From Minisyncoccota bacterium (GTDB lineage Bacteria > Patescibacteriota > Minisyncoccia > UBA6257 > 2-01-FULL-56-20): a DNA stretch of 64,000 nt. The notes beneath the pieces are model-generated. The model saw only the letters and a list, made by a program, of their open reading frames with translations. It had not been told where the DNA came from and ran no database searches. Shown here in pieces: positions 1 through 9,426 of this stretch. Location: assembly GCA_035541435.1 (NCBI GenBank), contig DATKNL010000012.1, forward strand, positions 6,498-70,497, given 5' to 3'. The stretch's first letter is position 1. The number at the start of each line of letters is the position of its first letter. Position numbers and translations under genes: made by a program.

Positions 1-1016
1 TACATCCAGGCATTCCCGAGGCGCCGCAATCCATAGCTGAACCCGCGGTAGATGCGCCGCGCAATGATGGTGAGCGGGAAGATCTGCCCGTCGTGGGTAT
101 GGCCGAAGAAGCCGGCGGCAAATCCCTTGGCTTCCGCGAGGTCGAGATGGATCGGCTCGTGCTTCATATAAAGAGCGGGCCTCGCCGGGTCGAGGCGCAT
201 GCCGTCGAGGATCTTCGCGAAATCCTCGCGGCGGCTCGCGGCGCGGTCGTCGAATCCGGCGAGCTGCAGGCCCTGCAGGTCGACGATCTCGTTGTCCAAA
301 ACGCGCACCCGTGCGCCGCGGATGGCCTTCATGAACGCATCGAAGTCCCCGTAATATTCATGGTTGCCCGTGATGAAGAAGGTCCCAAGATCCGGCGCAA
401 GGTCGCGAAGCGGCGCAAGCTGCGCCTCGGCGTCGCACTTCACGCCGTCGAAGAGGTCGCCGCCGATGAGCACGGCCGCCGGATGCTGGGCCGCGATGCG
501 CCGGGCGACCTTGCTCATGAATCCGCGCCCGCGCACGGCGCCGAGATGGATGTCGCTCACGAAGACCAGGACGCGGTCCTTCCAGTAATCGGGGACGTTC
601 GGCAGCGGAACCTCGATCTGCGTGATGCGCGCCTGGCCGCTGATCAGCGTGCCGTACAGGTGGATGGCGAACGCCGCGCCGAATGTGATAACGCCGAGGA
701 CGGCGGTCGAGATGGGAACCTGCGCAAGGACGGCTATCCAGTCAAGCGCCGCGAACGCCGCGCCGCCGATGAAGAGAAAGAAGATGAGTCCGAACCAATA
801 CGAAGCGGCCTTATAGAACCACTGCGCAAGCGGGTTCCTCGAAAACCGCGCGAGGACGGAGCTCGCGACGAACGAGAACGACCAGGCGACGAGGACCGCC
901 TTCGCCGTCCCGCTCGCGAACCCGAACGCCGCCGCAGCGGCCTCGAAGGTCGCGACGTGCACGAGCACGAGGAGCGCCTGCATGACGATAAGAATGATGA
1001 CGAATGCGAGCGGCAT
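1..1016 (-). CDS. Membrane-anchored metallophosphoesterase (YkuE/YaeI-like), 3' end runs off the window
   Basis: Not in the ORF track (no stop inside the window). Manual translation from ATG at 1016 gives a hydrophobic N-terminus (MPLAFVIILIV...) followed by calcineurin-like motifs SDIHLG, GDLFD, GNHE and GHTHDGQ. Confidence 0.85.
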   Translation of the reverse strand, partial: MPLAFVIILIVMQALLVLVHVATFEAAAAAFGFASGTAKAVLVAWSFSFVASSVLARFSRNPLAQWFYKAASYWFGLIFFLFIGGAAFAALDWIAVLAQVPISTAVLGVITFGAAFAIHLYGTLISGQARITQIEVPLPNVPDYWKDRVLVFVSDIHLGAVRGRGFMSKVARRIAAQHPAAVLIGGDLFDGVKCDAEAQLAPLRDLAPDLGTFFITGNHEYYGDFDAFMKAIRGARVRVLDNEIVDLQGLQLAGFDDRAASRREDFAKILDGMRLDPARPALYMKHEPIHLDLAEAKGFAAGFFGHTHDGQIFPLTIIARRIYRGFSYGLRRLGNAWM

Positions 1017-1017
1017 G

Positions 1018-2532
1018 CTATTCGGCGATCACGACATGACCCTGGCCTGCCGACTCTTTGGGCACCTTGATGAGGAACGAGGCGAACGCGCCGATCATGA
1101 CGATCGCGGCGGCGACCTCGAAGACGAACGCATAGCCCGCGACCTGGGCCTTGAGGACCACGAGGCCGATGAACTGGTGCATGACGACCGGCAAGGTCGC
1201 GGGGTTCGTGGCGTGGAACCCGCTCTGCCGGGCGATCGCAAGGACCTTGGCGTTGATCGTATTCGTGAGGAGCGTGCTGAAGATGGCGACGCCGAAGGCG
1301 CCCGAGATGTTCCGCACGAGCGCGAGGATGGCCGACGCCTCGCCGATGTCCTCATGCGGCACGACCGCCGCGACGAGGTTGGTGCGCTGGGCCATGCCGA
1401 ACCCGAGCCCGAACGCCATGATCGACATCGGGATCGAAAGCTGCAGCGCCGTCGAGCGCGGGTCGATGCCGGCGAGCAGCAGCATCGCGAACCCCGCGAC
1501 GAACGTGCTTGCGAAGATGACGACCGACGGCTTCACGCGGCCGATCAGCCGGCCGCCGATGGGGGCCGCAACCATGAGGGCGATCGCGAGCGGAATGAAG
1601 AGGTAGCCGGTCTGCGTCGCATCATAGCCGAGGAACGTCTCGGCGAAGATCGGGATGAGGAAGATCGCGCCTATGAGCCCCATGAACACGATGAAGTTGT
1701 TGGCAAGCGTATTGACGAACGTTCCGATCTTGAAGAATTTGAGGTTGACGATCGGCTCGGGCTCGCGCTGCTCGATGATGATGAAGAGGGCGCCGAAGAG
1801 GACCGTGGCGGCATAGCACGCGACGCTCGCCCACGAAAGCCAGCCCCACGTCTCTCCCTGGTCGAGCACGAGCGTGAGCGACGAGAGCGCGACGCCGAGC
1901 GCCGCGGATCCCCACCAGTCGAACTTCACGGTGCGCTTCTCCCCCACCGACTCGCTGATGAAGGTGATCGCCAGGAAGAGGCCGATGAGGCCGAGCGGGA
2001 TGTTGATGAAAAAGACCGACCGCCAGTTGAAGCTGTCGATCAGCGGTCCGCCGATCAGCGGCCCGAAGACCGAGGCGGCCGCGAAGGCCGACGACCAGAT
2101 GCCGAGCGCCTGCGCGCGTTCCTTCATATCCCGGAACGTCACCGCGATGATCGCCATCGCGGTCGGATAGTCCGCCGAGACGGCGAATCCCTGGATCACG
2201 CGGAACACGATCATCGAGCCGAGGTTCCACGCCAGGGCGCAGAGGCCCGAGGCGATGATAAAGCCGATGAAGCCGATAAGATAGATGCGCTTGCGTCCGG
2301 CCGTGTCGCCAAGCTTGCCCCAGACGGGCACGAAGACGGCGTTCGCAAGGATGTAGGCGGTCGAGATCCAGGCGGCGTCGCTCACGGTGACGCCGAAATC
2401 GCTGATGATCTTCGGCAGCGCGAGGTTGACGACCGTCTGGTCGAGGCGGCCCAGAAAGGTGCCGAAAATGACGGTGCCGAGCACCCACCAGCGGAGCGTG
2501 CCGTTCTTTTCCGTGGAGACGTCGTCCGGCAT
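1018..2532 (-). CDS. DHA2 (EmrB/QacA) family MFS efflux transporter
   Basis: 504 aa, about 14 TM helices, motifs LDQTVVNLALP, GKLGDTAGRKR and WRSVFFINIPLG. Confidence 0.93.
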   Translation of the reverse strand: MPDDVSTEKNGTLRWWVLGTVIFGTFLGRLDQTVVNLALPKIISDFGVTVSDAAWISTAYILANAVFVPVWGKLGDTAGRKRIYLIGFIGFIIASGLCALAWNLGSMIVFRVIQGFAVSADYPTAMAIIAVTFRDMKERAQALGIWSSAFAAASVFGPLIGGPLIDSFNWRSVFFINIPLGLIGLFLAITFISESVGEKRTVKFDWWGSAALGVALSSLTLVLDQGETWGWLSWASVACYAATVLFGALFIIIEQREPEPIVNLKFFKIGTFVNTLANNFIVFMGLIGAIFLIPIFAETFLGYDATQTGYLFIPLAIALMVAAPIGGRLIGRVKPSVVIFASTFVAGFAMLLLAGIDPRSTALQLSIPMSIMAFGLGFGMAQRTNLVAAVVPHEDIGEASAILALVRNISGAFGVAIFSTLLTNTINAKVLAIARQSGFHATNPATLPVVMHQFIGLVVLKAQVAGYAFVFEVAAAIVMIGAFASFLIKVPKESAGQGHVVIAE

Positions 2533-2538
2533 GCGATG

Positions 2539-3189
2539 TTAATCCTTATGGATCCAGATGCGCGCGGACATGCCGTTCTTCAGCTCGGGATATTTCGCGG
2601 GATCGAAGCGGACATAGATGTCGAACTCGTTCGTCGGGCGCTGATCGGAGATGTTGAAGACGACGTCGCTCTGCCGCGAGGTCGGGCTCACCTCGTCGAC
2701 GACGCCCTGGTACTGCTTCGAGCCGAACGCGTCGACGGTGAACGTCGCGGCGTCGCCGACCTTCACGTCGGCAAGGCCCTTGTCCTCGTCGAGATGGCCG
2801 ACCACGCGGAGCTGGGTCGGGTCGATCATGGTCGCGACGACGGCCTGGCCGGTGAACGCGTTCTCGTATTCGCCGATGTTCTGATTGACCGAGACCACCT
2901 GGCCCGCGGACTTCGCCTTCACGATCTCGCTGCCCACCTGGGCGACGGGCTCGTCGATCGTCACGGAATCGCCCGCCTTCACGAATACGGATTGCAGCAC
3001 CCCGGAATTGACCGGCGAAAGGTTGACGAGGGGCGCCTGGATGACCGACTGGTCGATATAGACCGTCTGCGAGGAAACGTACCAATACAGCGTGCCGCCG
3101 ACGCCGCCGATGACGACGAGCGCGACAAGGACCGCGATCATGATCCTGCGCCGCCCGCTCCGCTGCACCTGGGGTTCGTGTTCAGCCAT
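2539..3189 (-). CDS. HlyD/EmrA-like membrane fusion (adaptor) protein, short form
   Basis: N-terminal TM, lipoyl-like halves, VKVGDAATFTVDAF and LKNGMSARIWI beta-barrel motif; directly upstream of the MFS gene. Confidence 0.85.
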   Translation of the reverse strand: MAEHEPQVQRSGRRRIMIAVLVALVVIGGVGGTLYWYVSSQTVYIDQSVIQAPLVNLSPVNSGVLQSVFVKAGDSVTIDEPVAQVGSEIVKAKSAGQVVSVNQNIGEYENAFTGQAVVATMIDPTQLRVVGHLDEDKGLADVKVGDAATFTVDAFGSKQYQGVVDEVSPTSRQSDVVFNISDQRPTNEFDIYVRFDPAKYPELKNGMSARIWIHKD

Positions 3190-3193
3190 AGGG

Positions 3194-4684
3194 TTAGAAA
3201 TTGGTTAATGAGTCGCCCGCGTTCACGCCCGAGACGATTTCGGTCATCCCGTCGTCGCCGACGAGGCCGATGGTGACCGGCTGGCGCGACGTCTGGCCGC
3301 CCTTCTCGACAAGGACATAGTTCTGGTTGCCGTCCTGAATGACCAGGCGCGACGGGACCTCGACCACGTTCGCGTGCTGCCCGAGGATGATATGCGCGTT
3401 GCCGGTCAGGCCGTCCTTGATCTCGCTTGCGGGATTCGTGAAATCGAGATCGACCTCATAGGCCGGTGCGCCGTTCACCGACGTCTGGACGGACGCAACC
3501 GTTGCGACCGTCGCCGGGAATACGGTATCGGTTCCGAACGCATCGAGCGTGACGTTCGCCTGTTCGCCCGTCTTCACTTTGGCGACGTCCGCCTCTGAGA
3601 CGAAGGCCTTGAACTTTATGCCGTTAGCGCTGATGAGGGACACCATCGGCACGCCGGGCGTCACGACCTGGCCGATCTTGGCCGTCACGTTCTCAGCCGT
3701 CCCCGAAAACGGGGCGATGAGCTCGGCATGCTGCAAAGCCACCTGGGCGCTCGAGGCGCCCGCCTGGGCCTGCAGGAGCGCGGCCTTCTGGGCCTCGATG
3801 TCCTGCGACGTCGCACCCGCCTGCGCAAGCGTGAGCTGGTCGACGGCGGCGAGATAGGCCGACTGGGCGGCGGTCACGGCGGTGAGCGTCGTGTTCACCT
3901 CGGTGCGGGCGGTCACGATGTTCACCTTGAAGGCGGCGATCGTGGAGGCCGGCAGGCTCGAGACCTGGCCGGTATTCACGGCGAGGGCGACCTCGTTCAG
4001 GAAGGCCGCGATCTGACTCAGCGTCGAGACGGCGGTCGAGGCGAGCGACGCGGGATCGGAACTCGTCGCGTTCATGGCGGCATACCACGCGGCGAGCGAG
4101 ACGCCCACCTTCACGCGGTCGTTCTGGATGCTGTTCTGCATATTGGTATCGACAAGCTGGATCTGGAAGACGGGATTGCTCCGGTTGGGATTCGTGAACA
4201 TGCCGTCGGTCTGGTTGTGAATCGCGTCATCAGCGGCCGCATAGGCCGAACCGATCGCGGCGCCGAGCGACGCCTTCGTGTTCGTCACGGCCGTCTCGTT
4301 GATGGCGATCTGCTCGGGGCGCGTTCCGCTCTCGAGCGAATCGAGGCGGGCCTGAGCCGCCGCGACGCCGGCATTCGCCTGGTCGAGGGCGGCCTGAAGG
4401 GCCGACGTGTCGAGGCTCGCAAGCACCGTGCCGGCGGCGATCGCCTGGCCCTCGTGGACGTTGAGCGACGTGATCTGTCCCGCCGTCTGGAATGACAGCT
4501 GCGCGCTGTTCTCAGCGTCGACGGTTCCGGGTTCGTCGAGCGACTGGGTCACCGTCCCCGTCGACGCGGCGACCGTGCCGAACGACGGCGCCCGGTTCGA
4601 CGAGACGTACCAATAGGCCCCGCCCGAGGCGAGCACGATGAGGGCGATGAGGATGGGCGTCCGATAGGCTGTGATGAATTTCAT
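3194..4684 (-). CDS. Efflux RND/HlyD periplasmic adaptor subunit with long coiled coil
   Basis: N-terminal TM, Ala/Gln-rich hairpin, LIAPFSG, VSEADVAKVK, and C-terminal EIVSGVNAGD. Confidence 0.88.
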   Translation of the reverse strand: MKFITAYRTPILIALIVLASGGAYWYVSSNRAPSFGTVAASTGTVTQSLDEPGTVDAENSAQLSFQTAGQITSLNVHEGQAIAAGTVLASLDTSALQAALDQANAGVAAAQARLDSLESGTRPEQIAINETAVTNTKASLGAAIGSAYAAADDAIHNQTDGMFTNPNRSNPVFQIQLVDTNMQNSIQNDRVKVGVSLAAWYAAMNATSSDPASLASTAVSTLSQIAAFLNEVALAVNTGQVSSLPASTIAAFKVNIVTARTEVNTTLTAVTAAQSAYLAAVDQLTLAQAGATSQDIEAQKAALLQAQAGASSAQVALQHAELIAPFSGTAENVTAKIGQVVTPGVPMVSLISANGIKFKAFVSEADVAKVKTGEQANVTLDAFGTDTVFPATVATVASVQTSVNGAPAYEVDLDFTNPASEIKDGLTGNAHIILGQHANVVEVPSRLVIQDGNQNYVLVEKGGQTSRQPVTIGLVGDDGMTEIVSGVNAGDSLTNF

Positions 4685-5106
4685 GGTTCGATGTTTTTTG
4701 CCATTTTTTTCAGGATGGCGATCGCCTGGCGGCGTTCGCGCGCGTCGAGCACCGAAAAAAGCTTCGTGATCCGCCGAAGGTGCGCCTTCTTCCCCTGGGT
4801 GAGATAGCGGAGCCCCTGCGGGGTAAGCGTGAGCCGCACCGCGCGCCGGTCCCTGCGGTCGAACACGCGCGTGAGGAGCCCTTCGCGCACCAGCCCGTCG
4901 ACCAGCAGGGTCGCGGCCGGCGGGGTGATCCTAAAATATCCCGCGACGTCGCGCATGTGCGGACGGTCATGCTCCTTCACATAGCGCAGGGTCTCGAACT
5001 GCAGGAACGACGCCCCCTTGCCGTTTGCCACCCGCCGCATGCTCTCACGCATCGAACGACCTACGGCGAACAAGAGCGAGACGAGCTCTGAAATGTTCGC
5101 ATCCAT
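4681..5106 (-). CDS. MarR family transcriptional regulator
   Basis: wHTH with ATLLVDGLVREGLLTR..DRRAVRLTLTPQG; heads the efflux operon. Confidence 0.92.
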   Translation of the reverse strand: MDANISELVSLLFAVGRSMRESMRRVANGKGASFLQFETLRYVKEHDRPHMRDVAGYFRITPPAATLLVDGLVREGLLTRVFDRRDRRAVRLTLTPQGLRYLTQGKKAHLRRITKLFSVLDARERRQAIAILKKMAKNIEP

Positions 5107-5107
5107 A

Positions 5108-5128
5108 ATAGTTAGGCTACTTAACTAT
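5108..5128. promoter_or_regulatory. Putative MarR operator (palindrome)
   Basis: ATAGTTA-N7-TAACTAT perfect inverted repeat immediately upstream of the marR start codon. Confidence 0.65.
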
Positions 5129-5129
5129 C

Positions 5130-7049
5130 TTACCGCACCCGGGCCTCGCGCACAAGTCCCGTGATCAGCAGGTCAAGGTCGATCGTGGCAACCCCGACCA
5201 CCTTGTCGGCGCCGCCATAATAGACATAAAGGATGTTCTTGATCACCACGCTACCGCACGGGAAGACCACGTTCGGCACCACGCCTTCGCGCTCATAGGC
5301 GGGCGTCGGCTCGAAGATCGGATCGTGGGCGCGATAGAGGATCTTGCCCGGATCCTTATAGTCGAGAAGCGCCGCGCGCACGTTATAGTGGCCGGTGCGC
5401 TTCGAGATGCCGTGATAGAGGCAGAGCCACCCGTAATCGGTCTCGATCGGGGGCGCCGTCGCGCCGATGCGGCGGGAATCCCAGGCCGTATCCCGGGGGC
5501 GCATGAGGATCTTGCCGCCCAGGAACTTCGTCGTGCCGTCGAACTCGAGATCGTCCACGGCGTCGATCCAGATGTCCCCGCCCAGGCGGTGCAGGAACCA
5601 GTACTTGCCCTGGATCTTCTTCGGGAAGAGCACGGTGTCCTTGTCGTCGAATCCCGGCGGCGAGATGAGGACGGGCTTCGACCAGATCCAGCGCCGGTTG
5701 ACGAAGTCGCGCACGCTGATCGACGTGAGCGCGACGCGCGGCGGGTCCTGGCCGTCATACGCCGTATAGCACATATAGATGCGGTCCCCTATTTTCGTGA
5801 TGCGCGGATCCTCGCACCCCGAATTGCCGCCCGGCACGAGCTTCGCCTCGAAGCCCTCGCGCGGGACGTAGATCGGATCCTTCAGCCGCTCGTCGATATG
5901 GAATCCGTCCTTTGAGACGGCATAGCCCACGACCGAGGTGTTGTCCTTCCCCATCGCGCGATACAGGATGTGCACCTTCTTGTCCTCATAGATCGCCGCA
6001 GGGTTGAAGACGGCGAAATTCTCCCACGGATGGTCGTCGATCGGCACGAGGATGGGGTTGCCCTTGTAGCGCACGAGCTGCCGCTCGGTCGTGAACGTGA
6101 GCTGGTCGAGCAGGTCGTCGAGCTGCAGCATCGCGAGGCACGAAACGGTGTCGGCCGCGCCATAATAAAGATAGACGTCGTTGCGCTTCACGAGCGCGCC
6201 GGACGGAAAGACGATGTGCGGGATGCGTCCGTAATTCTCATACTCCTCTTCGGGGATGATGAACGGGCGCTTCACCTCGCCCACGATCTTCTGCGGATCG
6301 TCGAGCCCGAGCAGCATCGCCTGGATGCCGAAGATCGGCGGCGGCGCGAAATAGTTATAGATATAGGAATAGAACACGAGCCAGCCCTTCTTCGTCTTGA
6401 TCGGCTGCGAGCCCACCTCGACCTGGTCCCGCTCCATGTTCTGCTCGACGCCGACCACATGATCCTGCCAGTGCTCGTACCATCCCTTCCAGAACGACGG
6501 CGACCAGAGATCCTCGATCGCGTCGCAGAGCACGAGGCAGATGCGCGCCGGCGGCTGATCGGTGTGGATCGTGAAGAGGGCGGCGATCTTGCCGTTCACC
6601 CGCTCCGGAAAGAGCGCCATCGCCTTGGCGTTGAACGGCGTCACGAGATGCCGCTCCTCGATCGTCTGAAAGTCCTTCGTGATCGCGACGGCAACCTTGA
6701 TGCCCTGGGCGTTGAACGCCTCGACCGCGGTATAAAAGATGTAATACTTGCCCTCGAATTCGGTGACGCGCGGGTCCTCGCAGCCGAACTTCTCCCAGGG
6801 ATACTGCGGCGCGATGAGGCGCTCGTGCTTTTCGAAATGGACCCCGTCGCCGCTCACGGCATGGCCGACCGACGAGATCTCAAGCTCCTCATTGTCGATC
6901 TTCTGCTTTGTGGCAACCGCCCGATACACCATATGGAACTTGCCGTTCCGCAGGGCGACCGAGGGATTGTGGGCGGCGATCGCCTCCCAGGGAACCGTCG
7001 GATTCGGAAGCAGGACCGGGTTATGGCTCGATCTTTTTATTAAAGGCAT
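5130..7049 (-). CDS. GH130-like glycoside hydrolase/phosphorylase with two tandem catalytic domains
   Basis: Two copies of the NP..YRA, GCEDPR and VFP.G...YYG.AD five-bladed propeller motifs in 639 aa. Confidence 0.88.
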   Translation of the reverse strand: MPLIKRSSHNPVLLPNPTVPWEAIAAHNPSVALRNGKFHMVYRAVATKQKIDNEELEISSVGHAVSGDGVHFEKHERLIAPQYPWEKFGCEDPRVTEFEGKYYIFYTAVEAFNAQGIKVAVAITKDFQTIEERHLVTPFNAKAMALFPERVNGKIAALFTIHTDQPPARICLVLCDAIEDLWSPSFWKGWYEHWQDHVVGVEQNMERDQVEVGSQPIKTKKGWLVFYSYIYNYFAPPPIFGIQAMLLGLDDPQKIVGEVKRPFIIPEEEYENYGRIPHIVFPSGALVKRNDVYLYYGAADTVSCLAMLQLDDLLDQLTFTTERQLVRYKGNPILVPIDDHPWENFAVFNPAAIYEDKKVHILYRAMGKDNTSVVGYAVSKDGFHIDERLKDPIYVPREGFEAKLVPGGNSGCEDPRITKIGDRIYMCYTAYDGQDPPRVALTSISVRDFVNRRWIWSKPVLISPPGFDDKDTVLFPKKIQGKYWFLHRLGGDIWIDAVDDLEFDGTTKFLGGKILMRPRDTAWDSRRIGATAPPIETDYGWLCLYHGISKRTGHYNVRAALLDYKDPGKILYRAHDPIFEPTPAYEREGVVPNVVFPCGSVVIKNILYVYYGGADKVVGVATIDLDLLITGLVREARVR

Positions 7050-7060
7050 AAGGAATGTTG

Positions 7061-8311
7061 TTAGGGTTTTCTGCGGCGAACGATGGGTTCGGCCGTAAGC
7101 TTCGGAACCGCGTGCTTGGTAAGGTCGTTCAGGAAGCGGTCAAGGTTCACCATGGCGACGCAGGTCACGCTGTCGCTGCCGCCGTAATAGACATAGAGCA
7201 TGCCGTCCTTCACCACGGCTCCGCACGAATAGACGATGCCTGCCTTGAACCCGTTGTTCTCATAATCGGCATCGGGTTCGAGGATCGGCTGCTGCGAACG
7301 GTACAGCACCTTCGTCGGATCGTTCTCGTCGAGCACCATCACGCCGAGCTTGTAGCGGCCCGGCTCGCGCGCGTCGATCGCATGATAGAAGAGCAGCCAT
7401 CCGATCCGCGTCCTGATGGGCGGAGGCCCCGCGCCGCGGACGATGCTGTCCCAGCGGCCGGACTTCGGGATCATCTTGCGCGTGCTCGTGATGTAGCGCT
7501 CCCCGGCCTCGAGCTCCTCGAGCGTGTCGAAATAATCGATCAGGATCTCGGGCGAGATGCTGTGCAGGATCGCGAACCTGCCGTTGATCTTCTCGGGGAA
7601 AAGCATCCAGTTCTTGTGGATCTCGCCGGGCGGCGAGATGAGCGCGGCCTTCTTCCACCGCCACTGCTTGCGCAGGAAGTCGTTCACGCTGATCGACGAG
7701 AGCGCCATGCGGATCGAACCCCATCCGTCGAACGCGGTGTAGGTGAGATAGATACGATCCTCGATCATCGTGAGGCGCGGGTCCTCGCAGCCGCCGTTCC
7801 AGCCGCCACCCGAAAGATAGGCGACGGGCGACGCCGTCCCCCGCTCCATCGTGTGCTTGTTCTCGGTGAGCGTCGGCGGGACATAGACCGGCTCGTCGAG
7901 GCGCTCGGTGATCGTGATGCCGTCCTCGCTCGACGCATAACCGAGCACCGAAACGTCGTCGCCGCCGATCGCGCGATATAAAAGATGGACGCGGTTGTCG
8001 GCAAACACCGCGCCCGGATTGAATGTCGCCTTCATCTCCCAGAAATTATGAGGGTGAGGCTGGAGGATGGGATTCTCTTCGTGCCGCTTAAGGGATTCGA
8101 TCGGAGGCGCCTCGAGCCGTTCGCGCCGTTCGCGGATCGCGCGCGCCTCGCGGATCGCGCGAAGCAGCGCCGCACGCCTCGCAGCGCGAGTCGCCGCAAC
8201 CGAATTGGGTCGCTTCGATTTCGGACGGGCTACGCGTCGTTTTGCGGAGACCTTCTTTGCAACCACTTTCCGCGGTCGGACGGTTCTCTTGCTTCGTTTG
8301 GTAAGCGGCAT
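7061..8311 (-). CDS. GH130-like glycoside hydrolase/phosphorylase with Lys/Arg-rich N-terminal extension
   Basis: FNPGA, GCEDPR, HKNW.LFPEKING and YYGGSD motifs. Start placed at MPLTKR (8311); the ORF track extends to 8383. Confidence 0.85.
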   Translation of the reverse strand: MPLTKRSKRTVRPRKVVAKKVSAKRRVARPKSKRPNSVAATRAARRAALLRAIREARAIRERRERLEAPPIESLKRHEENPILQPHPHNFWEMKATFNPGAVFADNRVHLLYRAIGGDDVSVLGYASSEDGITITERLDEPVYVPPTLTENKHTMERGTASPVAYLSGGGWNGGCEDPRLTMIEDRIYLTYTAFDGWGSIRMALSSISVNDFLRKQWRWKKAALISPPGEIHKNWMLFPEKINGRFAILHSISPEILIDYFDTLEELEAGERYITSTRKMIPKSGRWDSIVRGAGPPPIRTRIGWLLFYHAIDAREPGRYKLGVMVLDENDPTKVLYRSQQPILEPDADYENNGFKAGIVYSCGAVVKDGMLYVYYGGSDSVTCVAMVNLDRFLNDLTKHAVPKLTAEPIVRRRKP

Positions 8312-8431
8312 GACGGTTAAATGCCCCGGCGCAAGCCAGAGCTGGATCTCTCTTCCCCTTATTATAGGTTTTTCGGCAATCATTTGCCGTCACATCTGTG
8401 GATAACCCTGCCGAAGCGCTATAATAAGGGC

Positions 8432-8983
8432 ATGAACAAAATCATCGACCGCTGGATACCCCTCGCATTTGTCATCATTTGCACGCTTGGGGTGACCTAT
8501 TTCGTGGTGCAGCAGTCCTATCGGCAGGCGGCCAACGATCCGCAGACGCAAATGGCGGCCGATGGTGCGGCCGCCCTCGCTGCGGGATCGCCGTGGACGA
8601 CGGTCGTCCCGACGGGAACCGTCGACATATCCCGGAGCCTTGCCCCGTACGTCGTCGTCTATGACGCCTCAGGAATGCCGATCGGCGGAAACGGATTTTT
8701 GAACGGCGCGCTCCCCCGCCTTCCGCAAGGCGTCTTCCCGGCGGCAACGGCGCTCGGCGGTGAGGACCGCTTCACATGGCAGCCCGAACCCGGCGTGCGG
8801 AGCGCCGTCGTGCTTGACGCGGTCTCGGGCGGATCAGGCGGCTTCGTCATGGCCGGTCGGTCGCTCCTTGAAGCCGAGCGGCGCGAAGACCGGCTCGGCC
8901 TGCAGATCGGCGCCGGCCTCTTCGTCTCGCTCGTGGGCAGCCTTATCGTCCTCCTCCTTGCGGAAAGCCGCCGCCGTTCGTAG
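8432..8983 (+). CDS. Hypothetical two-TM membrane protein resembling a stand-alone sensor (Cache-like) domain
   Basis: TATAAT at 8420-8425 then ATG at 8432; TM-extracytoplasmic domain-TM layout. Confidence 0.7.
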   Translation: MNKIIDRWIPLAFVIICTLGVTYFVVQQSYRQAANDPQTQMAADGAAALAAGSPWTTVVPTGTVDISRSLAPYVVVYDASGMPIGGNGFLNGALPRLPQGVFPAATALGGEDRFTWQPEPGVRSAVVLDAVSGGSGGFVMAGRSLLEAERREDRLGLQIGAGLFVSLVGSLIVLLLAESRRRS

Positions 8984-9368
8984 GACGCACCTGGATCGAT
9001 TGCGCGGTCACGCTGCCATCACTGTTCTGCGATCCCGTCACGACCACCTGCTCGCCGTTCGTGAGCGCGCTCGATGAGACGAGCGTCGGCTTCTCAATCT
9101 GCGTCGAACTCGAATAGAACACCACTTCGGAATTGCCGTTCGGGAGCTGCACGGTGATGCTTTCCGCGTCCGCCGCGACGATCTGTCCCATAGCGAACCC
9201 GCCGCCCGCGGTTCCCGTTCCCCGTCCGAAGGCGCGCGTCGACGACGCGAACGCGCCGAATCCCGAGCGGCCGCCCGTGGCCGTCATGCTTTTGCCATAC
9301 ATCGTCACGCCGAAGAACGCGACACCGGCGCAGGCGACGGCGATGACCACAACCCAGATTTTCTTCAT
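8943..9368 (-). CDS. Hypothetical exported protein (DUF5666-like OB fold)
   Basis: Signal/TM, Gly-rich linker, G.IVA....ITV and GEQVVVTG...DGSVTAQSIQV pattern; last gene of the ABC operon. Confidence 0.7.
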   Translation of the reverse strand: MKKIWVVVIAVACAGVAFFGVTMYGKSMTATGGRSGFGAFASSTRAFGRGTGTAGGGFAMGQIVAADAESITVQLPNGNSEVVFYSSSTQIEKPTLVSSSALTNGEQVVVTGSQNSDGSVTAQSIQVRPTNGGGFPQGGGR

Positions 9369-9426
9369 GTCAATGTTTTTTTAATGATTTTTTAACGACT
9401 TTTTTTCAACCGCCCGCCCGAGCGCG

